The translations under genes were made by a program, and so were the position numbers. 24,000 nucleotides of DNA from Halostella salina (GTDB taxonomy: Archaea; Halobacteriota; Halobacteria; Halobacteriales; Natronoarchaeaceae), in assembly GCF_003675855.1 (NCBI RefSeq), contig NZ_RCIH01000002.1, positions 233,654-257,653 of the forward strand, in the 5' to 3' direction. Below are positions 1-6,879 of this stretch, in pieces. Each line of letters begins with the position of its first letter. Positions within the stretch are counted from its first letter, which is position 1. A model generated the notes under the pieces. It did no database searches and had not been told where the DNA came from. It worked only from the letters and a program-made list of their open reading frames with translations.

Positions 1-2
1 AC

Positions 3-422
3 CGGATCGCCGACTCCGCCCAGCAGGTCGTCGGCGGGTTCCTGCTGGCCGGACCGTTCGTCGTCACCGAGGAGGTGTGGGTGCTGGCGGCTAACATGAC
101 CGTCTGGCACGCGCTGGTGACCGTCGGCATCGTCGCGGGCATCGGCTACGGCGCGCTGTACAAGGCCGACGCGGGGCGGGACCCCGACACCGAGGCGGAG
201 GTCGCGGGGATCCCGGTCCGGTTCGTCTCGCTGATGGTCGTGTCGTACGGCTCCGTCGCCGTGCTCGCGCTGGCGCTGACCGCACCGGAGACGTTTCTCG
301 TCCAGGAGGGGATCCTCCGCGACCCCACGCAGCGGACCGTCGCGATGGCCACGCTCAAGGCAGTCAGCGTCGGGGCGATATTCAGCGTCGTCGGCGCGGC
401 GACCGCCGACAGCGTGTTCTGA
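3..422 (+). CDS. integral membrane protein, N-terminus upstream of the window (DUF2391-like, family name from memory)
   Basis: The frame is open from the window edge (frame of nt 3) to TGA at 420-422. The listed ORF 75-422 is only its GTG-initiated tail. It has hydrophobic helices (VTVGIVAGIGYGALY, FVSLMVVSYGSVAVLALAL, VSVGAIFSVVGAA) and strong G/C at third codon positions. Confidence 0.6.
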   Translation, partial: RIADSAQQVVGGFLLAGPFVVTEEVWVLAANMTVWHALVTVGIVAGIGYGALYKADAGRDPDTEAEVAGIPVRFVSLMVVSYGSVAVLALALTAPETFLVQEGILRDPTQRTVAMATLKAVSVGAIFSVVGAATADSVF

Positions 423-503
423 CCCGACGGACGCGTTCCAACCTCACGACCGCAGTTCCCCCGACCCAGCAATCTTAAGTCCGTCGGACACGCGTTCCGT
501 GGT

Positions 504-1082
504 ATGGATTACGCGCTTGCGATCGACGGCAGTCCCGAGGAGATACCGGGCGGGACTGGCGTTCTCCTGCTGCACCCGAGCACCGGTGAGACGGACCGGA
601 TCGACACTGACTTTCTGAAGCAGGACACCGACCGATTCCTCGTGATCTCCACACGAACCACTGCGCGGGAGGTCATGCAGAAGCTCGACTACTACGACGT
701 TGACGAGGACCGGGCTGTGATCCTCGACACGCTTTCGGTCGAACGCGGCTACTCCCGGCGCAGCAGCGAGAACGTCCACTACGTCGGCGCGCCCGACGAC
801 CTGGACGGCATCGTCGAGCAGACCGAGGAGTTCCTGGCGAACACCGAGGGCAAGCGCCGGGTGAGCCTCGACTCGATCACCGAACTCGCCTACTACGCCG
901 GCGAGGAGGCCACGCAGGACGCGATCCGGGCGATCCTCGCGCTGCTCGACGAGCACGACGCCGTCGGCCTCTTTCACCTCGCGACCGAGGTCCACGACGA
1001 CGAAGTCGTCGCGGCGTACCGCGACCTGTTCGACGGCGTGATCGACCTGGACGAGGACGACTCGGTCAGCGTCGACTTCTGA
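504..1082 (+). CDS. KaiC/RecA-fold single-domain protein with degenerate P-loop (conserved haloarchaeal hypothetical)
   Basis: ATG at 504 has a TATA-like 'tcttaag' at 473-479, about 28 nt upstream, consistent with a leaderless mRNA. The layout resembles the KaiC/GvpD/Rad55 family. 'LLLHPSTGETD' sits where GxxGxGK[ST] is expected, a Walker-B-like 'VSLDSITEL' is present, and the C-terminus reads 'DGVIDL'. The protein is acidic. Confidence 0.7.
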   Translation: MDYALAIDGSPEEIPGGTGVLLLHPSTGETDRIDTDFLKQDTDRFLVISTRTTAREVMQKLDYYDVDEDRAVILDTLSVERGYSRRSSENVHYVGAPDDLDGIVEQTEEFLANTEGKRRVSLDSITELAYYAGEEATQDAIRAILALLDEHDAVGLFHLATEVHDDEVVAAYRDLFDGVIDLDEDDSVSVDF

Positions 1083-1105
1083 CCGAAGGGACGCGGGGAG
1101 TCCCG

Positions 1106-1882
1106 CTACAGCTTCTCGAACGTCTTTTCCGCCCACGTGACGGCGTACTCCGGCCCGTGGCTCCGGTAGGCGACCGTGGCGAGCGCCGCGAACGGTGCGG
1201 GCAGGTCGAGGTCGTGTTTGATCGCGGCACAGGCCAGCTCCGTCGCGTCGGCGAAGTCCGTCTCCTCGCGGGCGACCGCGCCCGGCAGGTCGGCGACGCG
1301 GCCCTCGATCCGCTCGCCGGCGTCGACCCAGGCGTCGCCCAGACGGGGGTGTTCGTCGGGCCAGTCCGAAAACGGCTCGCGGGTGTGACAGCCGATCCAG
1401 CCGTCGTACAGCGCCGCCGCGACCTGATAGGTGGCGTTGGGCGACAGCGGGAGCGCGTCGTCGAGGTCGCGGTAGCGCTCCCCGAAAAAGCCCAGGAAGC
1501 TCTCGGGAACGTCGAGCCCGACCTCCACGAGCGCCTCAGCGACGAGGAAATCGATGAAGGATTCGGGTGACCCCTCTACCCGGGGTTTGACGATGACGGT
1601 CGGCGGGTCGGTCTGTCGGGTCCAGACGACGCTCCCGTCGCCCGGGAGACCGATCGTGAACTCGTTCCCGGCGTACCGGGCGAGCAACTGCGGCGCGTCC
1701 TCGGGGAGCCACGCCGCAGGGTGGGTCGCCGGGTCGAGCGCGTCGACGAGCAGGCCCAGATCCTCGGCCTGCTCCGGCGGGAGCGTCTCGAAATCGCTCG
1801 CGGCCGAGAGCACCAGCGCGTCCGGCGCGTGGGCGTCACGGACGGCAGCGACGTCGTCGGGCAGGTCGCGCTCGCTGAACAT
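1106..1882 (-). CDS. conserved hypothetical protein (acidic, 258 aa)
   Basis: Long ORF with ATG start and high GC3. No motif that I recognise. Its ATG overlaps the stop of an upstream micro-ORF (TGATG), suggesting translational coupling. Confidence 0.7.
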   Translation of the reverse strand: MFSERDLPDDVAAVRDAHAPDALVLSAASDFETLPPEQAEDLGLLVDALDPATHPAAWLPEDAPQLLARYAGNEFTIGLPGDGSVVWTRQTDPPTVIVKPRVEGSPESFIDFLVAEALVEVGLDVPESFLGFFGERYRDLDDALPLSPNATYQVAAALYDGWIGCHTREPFSDWPDEHPRLGDAWVDAGERIEGRVADLPGAVAREETDFADATELACAAIKHDLDLPAPFAALATVAYRSHGPEYAVTWAEKTFEKL

Positions 1883-1971
1883 CAGGCGAGCAGGGACTGG
1901 ACGACGAGCACGAGGGCCAGGAGTCCGGAGACGCCGATGGTGCCGAGTACGATCTTCGTGGCTTCGCTCAT
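1882..1971 (-). CDS. 29-aa single-pass membrane micro-protein (MSEATKIVLGTIGVSGLLALVLVVQSLLA)
   Basis: Not in the ORF track because it is under 60 aa. ATG is at 1969-1971 and TGA at 1882-1884. The stop overlaps the ATG of the 258-aa ORF by 1 nt. A TATA-like 'ttttaag' on the minus strand (1997-2003) lies about 27-29 nt upstream of this ATG, as expected for a leaderless transcript. The core is hydrophobic and GC3-rich. Confidence 0.5.
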   Translation of the reverse strand: MSEATKIVLGTIGVSGLLALVLVVQSLLA

Positions 1972-2028
1972 GCTCGACGGGAGACGCCGCGCGCGCTTAA
2001 AACCAGGGCAATCGCCGTCGACGGGGGA

Positions 2029-3504
2029 TCAGTCCGCACCGGTCGCGCCGGCCTCGGCCTCCCGGGCGACCCGCCGCCACGCGCCGGACCAGAACCGGAC
2101 CGTGTTGACCGTCGCCCGGAGGTACATGTCGGCGAGGATGGCCCCGAACACGGCGGTGAGACCGAGCCCGAACCCGGGGTCGACCGTCACCCCGGCGACC
2201 GACACCGCCACGACGCCGGCCGGCAACGCCGTGAGCGCGACGGGGAGTTTGACCAGATACGTCCCCGCGACCGTGCCGTACAGCGGCCAGCGCGTGTCGC
2301 CCGCGCCGCGCAGGCCGCCCCGCATCGTCCGCGAGACGCTGAACGCGCCGACGCCGACGCCGAACATCCGGATGAAATCGACCGTCAGGTCGACGTGGTC
2401 CGTTCCGAAGGCGACGGCGATGGGGCGGGCCAGCGCGAAGATGACCGCCGCGATGAGCAGCTGGGTCGCCAGCGCGATCCGGAGGGTCTGCCAGCCGTAG
2501 GCGTCCGCTTCCTCCTCCTCGCCCGCGCCGAGGCTCTGCCCGACGAGCGTGCTGGAGGCGGTGGCGTAGCCCCACGCGGGCATCAGCGCGAGCAGCATGA
2601 CCCGGCGGCCGATGGCGTACGCGGCAAGCACCGGCGTCCCGAGCGCGCCGAGGATGAACAGGAACGGGAACCGCCCGAACGTCCGCGCGAGCCGGGTGCC
2701 CGCAAGCGGCGCGCCGACGCGGACGATCTCGCGGACGATCTCGCCGTCCCACTGCCGACCGCCGAGGCGGAGGCGCACCGGGAACCGGTCGGAGAGGAGC
2801 AAGGCGAGGAAGATGAGCGCCGCCGCGGTGTTCGCGACCGCCGTCCCCCACGCCGCGCCGGCGACGCCCAGTTCGGGGAACGGCCCGAGCCCGAAGATGA
2901 GCACCGCGTTCAGCCCGATGTTCGTCGGCAGGGTGACGAGGCGAACGTACATCGGCGTCCGCGTGTCGCCCGCACCGGCGAGCGCCCGGGCGGCGACGAG
3001 GCTCCAGAATCGAAACGCGACTGACAGCATCACGATCTTGAGGTAGACCGCGCCGAGCCGGACCGTCTCGGGGTCGTCGTTCAGCAGGTCGATGAGCGGT
3101 TCGGCGTACACCCAGCCGACGACGGTGATGGGGACCGAGATGGCCAGCGCGAGCCACAGCGACTGTTTGACGGCGAGGTCGGCCCGCACGTGGTCGTCGG
3201 CCCCTTTGAACCGGGAGACGACGCTGATGGTGCCGCTCGTCAGGGCGAGCGAGAGCCCGAATGGGATGAAGTAGTACTGGAAGCCGAGTTCGAGCGCCGC
3301 GACGGCGGTGTCGCCGACCGCGAGGCTCACCATGAAGAAGTCCGCGGTCCGCAGGAGCGTCCGCATCGCCCCGGTGACCATCACCGGCACCGCGAGGTCG
3401 AACGCCTCCGACCCCTTCTTCCGGTCGACCAGACCGAGGCGGGCCAGCGCCGCGGGGAACAGAAAGAGGAGGTCCCGGACGCGCCGTCGCGTGTCCTCCA
3501 GCAT
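2029..3504 (-). CDS. MATE family multidrug/oligosaccharide efflux transporter
   Basis: 491 aa with about 12 hydrophobic segments in a two-fold repeat architecture. The sequence has a typical MATE (NorM/DinF-like) character. ATG start. Confidence 0.8.
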   Translation of the reverse strand: MLEDTRRRVRDLLFLFPAALARLGLVDRKKGSEAFDLAVPVMVTGAMRTLLRTADFFMVSLAVGDTAVAALELGFQYYFIPFGLSLALTSGTISVVSRFKGADDHVRADLAVKQSLWLALAISVPITVVGWVYAEPLIDLLNDDPETVRLGAVYLKIVMLSVAFRFWSLVAARALAGAGDTRTPMYVRLVTLPTNIGLNAVLIFGLGPFPELGVAGAAWGTAVANTAAALIFLALLLSDRFPVRLRLGGRQWDGEIVREIVRVGAPLAGTRLARTFGRFPFLFILGALGTPVLAAYAIGRRVMLLALMPAWGYATASSTLVGQSLGAGEEEEADAYGWQTLRIALATQLLIAAVIFALARPIAVAFGTDHVDLTVDFIRMFGVGVGAFSVSRTMRGGLRGAGDTRWPLYGTVAGTYLVKLPVALTALPAGVVAVSVAGVTVDPGFGLGLTAVFGAILADMYLRATVNTVRFWSGAWRRVAREAEAGATGAD

Positions 3505-3650
3505 GCTCGCTGACGTTCGGAGCCGTCCGGGTTACGTCTTGCCAACGCGGAAACCCGGACCGTCGCGGAGCGGCGTCGGTTTCACACCCCGGTTTCGCGT
3601 AGAGATGGATCGAACGGTACCCGGGTCTGTCGAACGGTCGAAGCGGCTGT

Positions 3651-3670
3651 GGATGGGAAACGAAGGGGTG
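3651..3670 (+). promoter_or_regulatory. outlying origin recognition box (ORB-like), ggatgGGAAACGAAGGGGTG
   Basis: The 3' 13 nt 'GAAACGAAGGGGT' is identical to the ORBs at 6268, 6846, 6029(rc) and 8470(rc). It lies in the intergenic gap between oapC and the MATE gene. Confidence 0.65.
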
Positions 3671-3694
3671 CGCGGACGGGACGTGACGGTCCGG

Positions 3695-4465
3695 CTACGC
3701 CTCGTCGGACCGCCAGGTCTCCGGAACCTCGATGACGTAGCGGCCGTCCTCCTGCAGCGAGATGATGTACTCGTCGCGGTCGTACAGCTCCATCAGGTTG
3801 AGTTCGTACCGGCCGGGCTGGACGATCCTGATGCTCTCGAACTGTTCGTTTAGCTCCTCGCGGAGCTGGGACAGGTCCGGACGCTCCTCGTCCGGCGTGT
3901 CCGCGACGACCCCGTCCTCGGCCGCCGGTCGTTCGTCCACCGCCGGGCCGGGCGGCTCCTCTGGCAGTTCGTCGCTGGACACCACGTCGCTCCGGGCGTC
4001 GGCCTGCGCGTCGTCCTCGTCGGACGGGACGCCGGCCGCGCCGGCGGCGGACGGGGTCGACCCCCCGGCGTCCGGGTCGGGAGTGTCGGTCCCGGCAGGG
4101 TCCGGACGACCGCTGTCGGTCGCCGGGTCGGCAGCCGCGTCGCCTGCCGACTGTCCGGCCGACCCGTCGTCAGACCCGACCCAGTCCCGGACCGTTTCGC
4201 GTGCACGGTCGACCCGCCCGGTGACGCCGGCATCGGACCCCGAAGCCTTCGCGCCCGCGCCACCGCCGGCGGCGGGAGTCGGTCCGTCGTCGGCCGCGTC
4301 GCCGGCGGCCGGGCTCTCGGCGGTGCCCCCGTCGCCCCCCGCGTCGCCGTCGGAGCCGCTGGGGTCGAACTGGAACTTGTTGCCGCCGCAGTCCGGACAG
4401 CCCGACAGCATCTCCTTGGAGCCGTCGGCGAACATCCGGCCGCAGTTCGTACACTGGTGTGGCAT
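3695..4465 (-). CDS. oapC: zinc-ribbon protein of the origin-associated operon (OapC-like)
   Basis: N-terminal CxxC...CxxC ribbon (CTNCGRMF...CPDCGG), a long G/A/D/P low-complexity linker, and a conserved C-terminal domain (QPGRYELNLMELY...DGRYVIEV). Its ATG overlaps the oapB stop by 1 nt (TAATG). The symbol follows my recollection of the Haloferax volcanii oap genes. Confidence 0.8.
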   Translation of the reverse strand: MPHQCTNCGRMFADGSKEMLSGCPDCGGNKFQFDPSGSDGDAGGDGGTAESPAAGDAADDGPTPAAGGGAGAKASGSDAGVTGRVDRARETVRDWVGSDDGSAGQSAGDAAADPATDSGRPDPAGTDTPDPDAGGSTPSAAGAAGVPSDEDDAQADARSDVVSSDELPEEPPGPAVDERPAAEDGVVADTPDEERPDLSQLREELNEQFESIRIVQPGRYELNLMELYDRDEYIISLQEDGRYVIEVPETWRSDEA

Positions 4466-4848
4466 TATCGGCGCGAGACGAGCGCGCTGATCAGCGTCTC
4501 GTCCTTGTGCAGCGTCTGGATCTGGTTCGCCGGCCCGATGACGGTCAGCTTGTTCGTCGACTCCCGCCCCATGAGCCGGTCGAGGAAGCTGGCGTCGTCG
4601 GTCTGGGCGCGCGGGTACGTCTCTATCTCGATCCCGTTGAAGCCGTCGGGGCTGATCTCGGTCATGGTCACCTCGATCAGCCGGCTCTCCTCGTCGGGGG
4701 TGAGTCCCTCCTCCAGAATGACGATGTTGCCCTCGTGGACGCCGTCCAGGATCATCCGGATCTTCTCCATGCTCGTCATCCCGGCCATCCGTTCGCCGCT
4801 GATGAGGTCGATCTGGACGCCGTCGTCCGACTCCTTGGTTTCAGGCAT
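4465..4848 (-). CDS. oapB: DUF2073-family protein of the origin-associated operon (OapB-like)
   Basis: 127 aa with ATG start. It sits 3 nt downstream of the oapA stop and overlaps the oapC start. The family assignment is from memory. Confidence 0.75.
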   Translation of the reverse strand: MPETKESDDGVQIDLISGERMAGMTSMEKIRMILDGVHEGNIVILEEGLTPDEESRLIEVTMTEISPDGFNGIEIETYPRAQTDDASFLDRLMGRESTNKLTVIGPANQIQTLHKDETLISALVSRR

Positions 4849-4851
4849 GGT

Positions 4852-5493
4852 TCACGCGAAGTACTCCGCGATCTTGTCGTACACTTCGTCCATGTTGTCC
4901 CCCTCCAGCGCGGAGAGGGGCACCGTCTCGTGCTGGGGGAAGGCGTTGCGAATGCGCTGCTCGCTGGCCTCGTCCAGGTCGATCTTGTTGGCGAAGATGA
5001 GCACGGGGAGGTCACGGCTCTCGATGATGCCGATCAGCATCGTGTTCACCTGCGTGAACGGGTCCTCCGCCGAGTCGAGCACGTAGATGACGCCGTCGAC
5101 GTCCTCCCGGAGCCAGTGCATCGCCTCCGCGACGCCCTCGGTGGCCTCGCGGGAGCGACGCACGGCGTCGTCTTTCTCCATGTCATACTCGGTGAACTCC
5201 TCGTAGTCGACCTTCGTCGTCACGCCCGGCGTGTCGACGATGTCGATGGTCACCGACTTCCCGTTGCGCTCTATCTCCACGTCCTCCTTCCGGCGCGCCC
5301 GCCGGGTTTCGTGGGGGATGTGGCTCTCCGGCCCGACCGCGTCCCCGGTCCAGTCCCGCGCGATCCGGTTCGCGAGCGTCGTCTTCCCCGCGTTCGGCGG
5401 TCCGTAGATCCCGATCCGTTTGGGCTCCTCCTCGGAGAAGAGTCGCTCCGTCGCCCGTGAGATGCTCTGTCTGAGTCCGTTTATCAGTCCCAT
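4852..5493 (-). CDS. oapA: small GTP-binding protein of the origin-associated operon (OapA-like)
   Basis: G1 'GPPNAGKT', G3 'DTPG' and G4 'NKID' motifs are present. I prefer ATG at 5493, which has GAGG 8-11 nt upstream, over the GTG at 5526. The TATA-like 'cttaag' (5545-5550, minus strand) is too close to 5526 but suits a transcription start near 5521. Confidence 0.8.
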   Translation of the reverse strand: MGLINGLRQSISRATERLFSEEEPKRIGIYGPPNAGKTTLANRIARDWTGDAVGPESHIPHETRRARRKEDVEIERNGKSVTIDIVDTPGVTTKVDYEEFTEYDMEKDDAVRRSREATEGVAEAMHWLREDVDGVIYVLDSAEDPFTQVNTMLIGIIESRDLPVLIFANKIDLDEASEQRIRNAFPQHETVPLSALEGDNMDEVYDKIAEYFA

Positions 5494-5780
5494 CCTGTCC
5501 TCACGCACCCGTAGGTGCTTGTCCACGTAACGACACCGGATTCACTTAAGCCTACGTCAGACACGTATCCGCGGTCGGAGCGGTGTATTCGATGCCGGAT
5601 CCCGCCCGCGTCCCCTGGTCCGGGGCGGGATCCGGGCGATCGTGTTCCGGGTCCGACCGTTTACCTGTCGACCGTGTTCGGTCGATCCTGTTCGTCTCCG
5701 AACGCATCGCAGCAGTGGGGCTAGCAGGCGACGCCTCGTAGTCGGCCAGTCAGGATCTGTGGATCGGTGGAACGACGTTC

Positions 5781-5801
5781 TCCAGTTGAAATGGAGGGGT
5801 G
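5781..5801 (+). promoter_or_regulatory. ORB, TCCAGTTGAAATGGAGGGGTG
   Basis: Matches the window consensus tCCAnnnGAAACGAAGGGGTG, with 'atgg' in place of 'acga'. Confidence 0.7.
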
Positions 5802-5846
5802 TCATTTTCAGTTGAGGTAGTCGCTATACGTTTGTATTCGAAGAAA

Positions 5847-5865
5847 CACCCCTAGTTCGCTTGGA
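5847..5865 (-). promoter_or_regulatory. degenerate ORB (rc TCCAAGCGAACTAGGGGTG)
   Basis: Inverted relative to ORB 5781. The pair flanks a 45-nt AT-rich spacer (5802-5846). Confidence 0.45.
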
Positions 5866-6028
5866 GTCGAAACGCCCGGGTGAGGATCGTTCAACGGTGG
5901 TCGAACGGTGATCGATGTAGTCGGGAAACCGACCGGACTGAATCACCCGGGAACAAACGGACAGCACAGTGGAACGAGAGGACTGCGTTGATGGTCACGT
6001 GATGAGGGTCCCCCACCCTTGACCCCCC

Positions 6029-6049
6029 CACCCCTTCGTTTCGGGTGGA
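6029..6049 (-). promoter_or_regulatory. ORB with G-string (rc TCCACCCGAAACGAAGGGGTG followed by GGGGGG)
   Basis: Exact GAAACGAAGGGGTG core on the minus strand, forming the left border of the AT-rich element. Confidence 0.85.
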
Positions 6050-6080
6050 ACGACGGACGGGTGGGGTGGGGGGAAGCCCG

Positions 6081-6210
6081 TTCTCTAGTGTCGCATGGTT
6101 TTATGTATAATGACCTGTAACCAGACCCGTAGTACAAGAACAACTATTTTTGTTGTTTGAATTCTTCGAAAGGATCGATTAGGATCCACTAGAGACTCGC
6201 TAGTAGGTTG
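6081..6210. other. AT-rich duplex unwinding element (DUE) candidate
   Basis: 47 of 70 nt are A/T in 6101-6170, within a window that is otherwise visibly GC-rich. The stretch is bracketed by inverted ORBs (6029 minus, 6268 plus) and by a 9-bp inverted repeat tctctagtg/cactagaga (6082-6090 and 6187-6195). Confidence 0.75.
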
Positions 6211-6267
6211 GACCGGCAACACTTCGCCCCCGATGTTCGGCTCCCCCGCCCCCGGCTTGGTTCCGTC

Positions 6268-6288
6268 TCCAGTTGAAACGAAGGGGTG
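6268..6288 (+). promoter_or_regulatory. ORB with G-string, TCCAGTTGAAACGAAGGGGTG followed by GGGGTG
   Basis: Exact core, forming the right border of the AT-rich element. It is inverted relative to ORB 6029. Confidence 0.85.
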
Positions 6289-6743
6289 GGGGTGTTCCGA
6301 CCGCGATGTTCTCCGCCCTTCGAACACCTGTCCACGGCCCGTCGTTTCCGGGGTGTCGACGAACCTGCTGGGGCCCGACCTGATGGACTCCGACACTCTG
6401 GATCGACCCGGGAGCGATCGGCTCTCGACCTGCCCGATCCAGTTCCCGGCTCTCTCGGAACTCCATCGGAGTTCGATCCGGCCCTGGCTCCACGGTGGTC
6501 CTGACCCGACGCAACCCGAATCGTGACCCGGAGCAGCCTCGAACCGGAACCGACCAGCTTCCCGGTTCTCCCGATTCGGACCACGCTGTCGTTCCGGTCC
6601 GACGACGCCGGTGGCGAACACGAACCGGCATCCTGTGGTCGGACTTCGGCCCGAAACTCCGCTTCTGAGCCGTTTCGCCTCGGTTTTCCGGCAATACCGG
6701 ATCCCTCCACCGAGAGGGAAGATTTTAAGACCCTGGTGTACCT

Positions 6744-6766
6744 CCACTTCGTTTGCATCAACTGGA
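6744..6766 (-). promoter_or_regulatory. degenerate ORB (rc TCCAGTTGATGCAAACGAAGTGG)
   Basis: Shares TCCAGTTGA and AAACGAAG with the consensus, with a 2-nt insertion and a weakened G-run. Confidence 0.5.
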
Positions 6767-6845
6767 CGAACCGCGAACACGTATTGACTGCGAATCCGGT
6801 ATCTGAGGCCATTACGACGGGTTCGCTCCGTTTCGGCGGGCGGTT

Positions 6846-6866
6846 TCCAGATGAAACGAAGGGGTG
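6846..6866 (+). promoter_or_regulatory. ORB, TCCAGATGAAACGAAGGGGTG
   Basis: Exact core, ending 14 nt before the orc1 ATG. Confidence 0.85.
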
Positions 6867-6879
6867 AATCAACCAACGA

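Larger units (their letters stand above)
5781..6866. other. chromosomal replication origin (oriC, orc1-adjacent)
   Basis: A 1.35 kb gene-free interval directly upstream of orc1/cdc6. It contains six ORB-type repeats in alternating orientation and an AT-rich stretch flanked by inverted G-string ORBs. Confidence 0.85.

Noticed and set aside
5493-5526. Upstream-extended start codons from the ORF track (GTG at 5526, 9494 and 12022 and the extended starts at 12044, 15711, 18732, 20588 and 20470).
   Set aside because: In each case an internal start (ATG, except the GTG at 18996) fits the TATA-box spacing or a conserved N-terminal motif better. Several of the extensions would overlap the neighbouring gene or its promoter.
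5965-5983. A possible extra ORB, 'cacagtggaacgagaggac'.
   Set aside because: It only loosely resembles the consensus. It lacks the GAAACGAAGGGG core and the G-run, so it is too weak to call.
6301-6740. A 440-nt GC-rich stretch between ORBs, containing small stems such as gaaccgg/ccggttc at 6541-6569 and cgaaac/gtttcg near 6650-6677, considered as a possible ncRNA.
   Set aside because: There is no second copy, no covariation and no promoter or terminator signal to support an RNA gene. The stems are short enough to arise by chance in GC-rich DNA. I left it as unexplained origin spacer.
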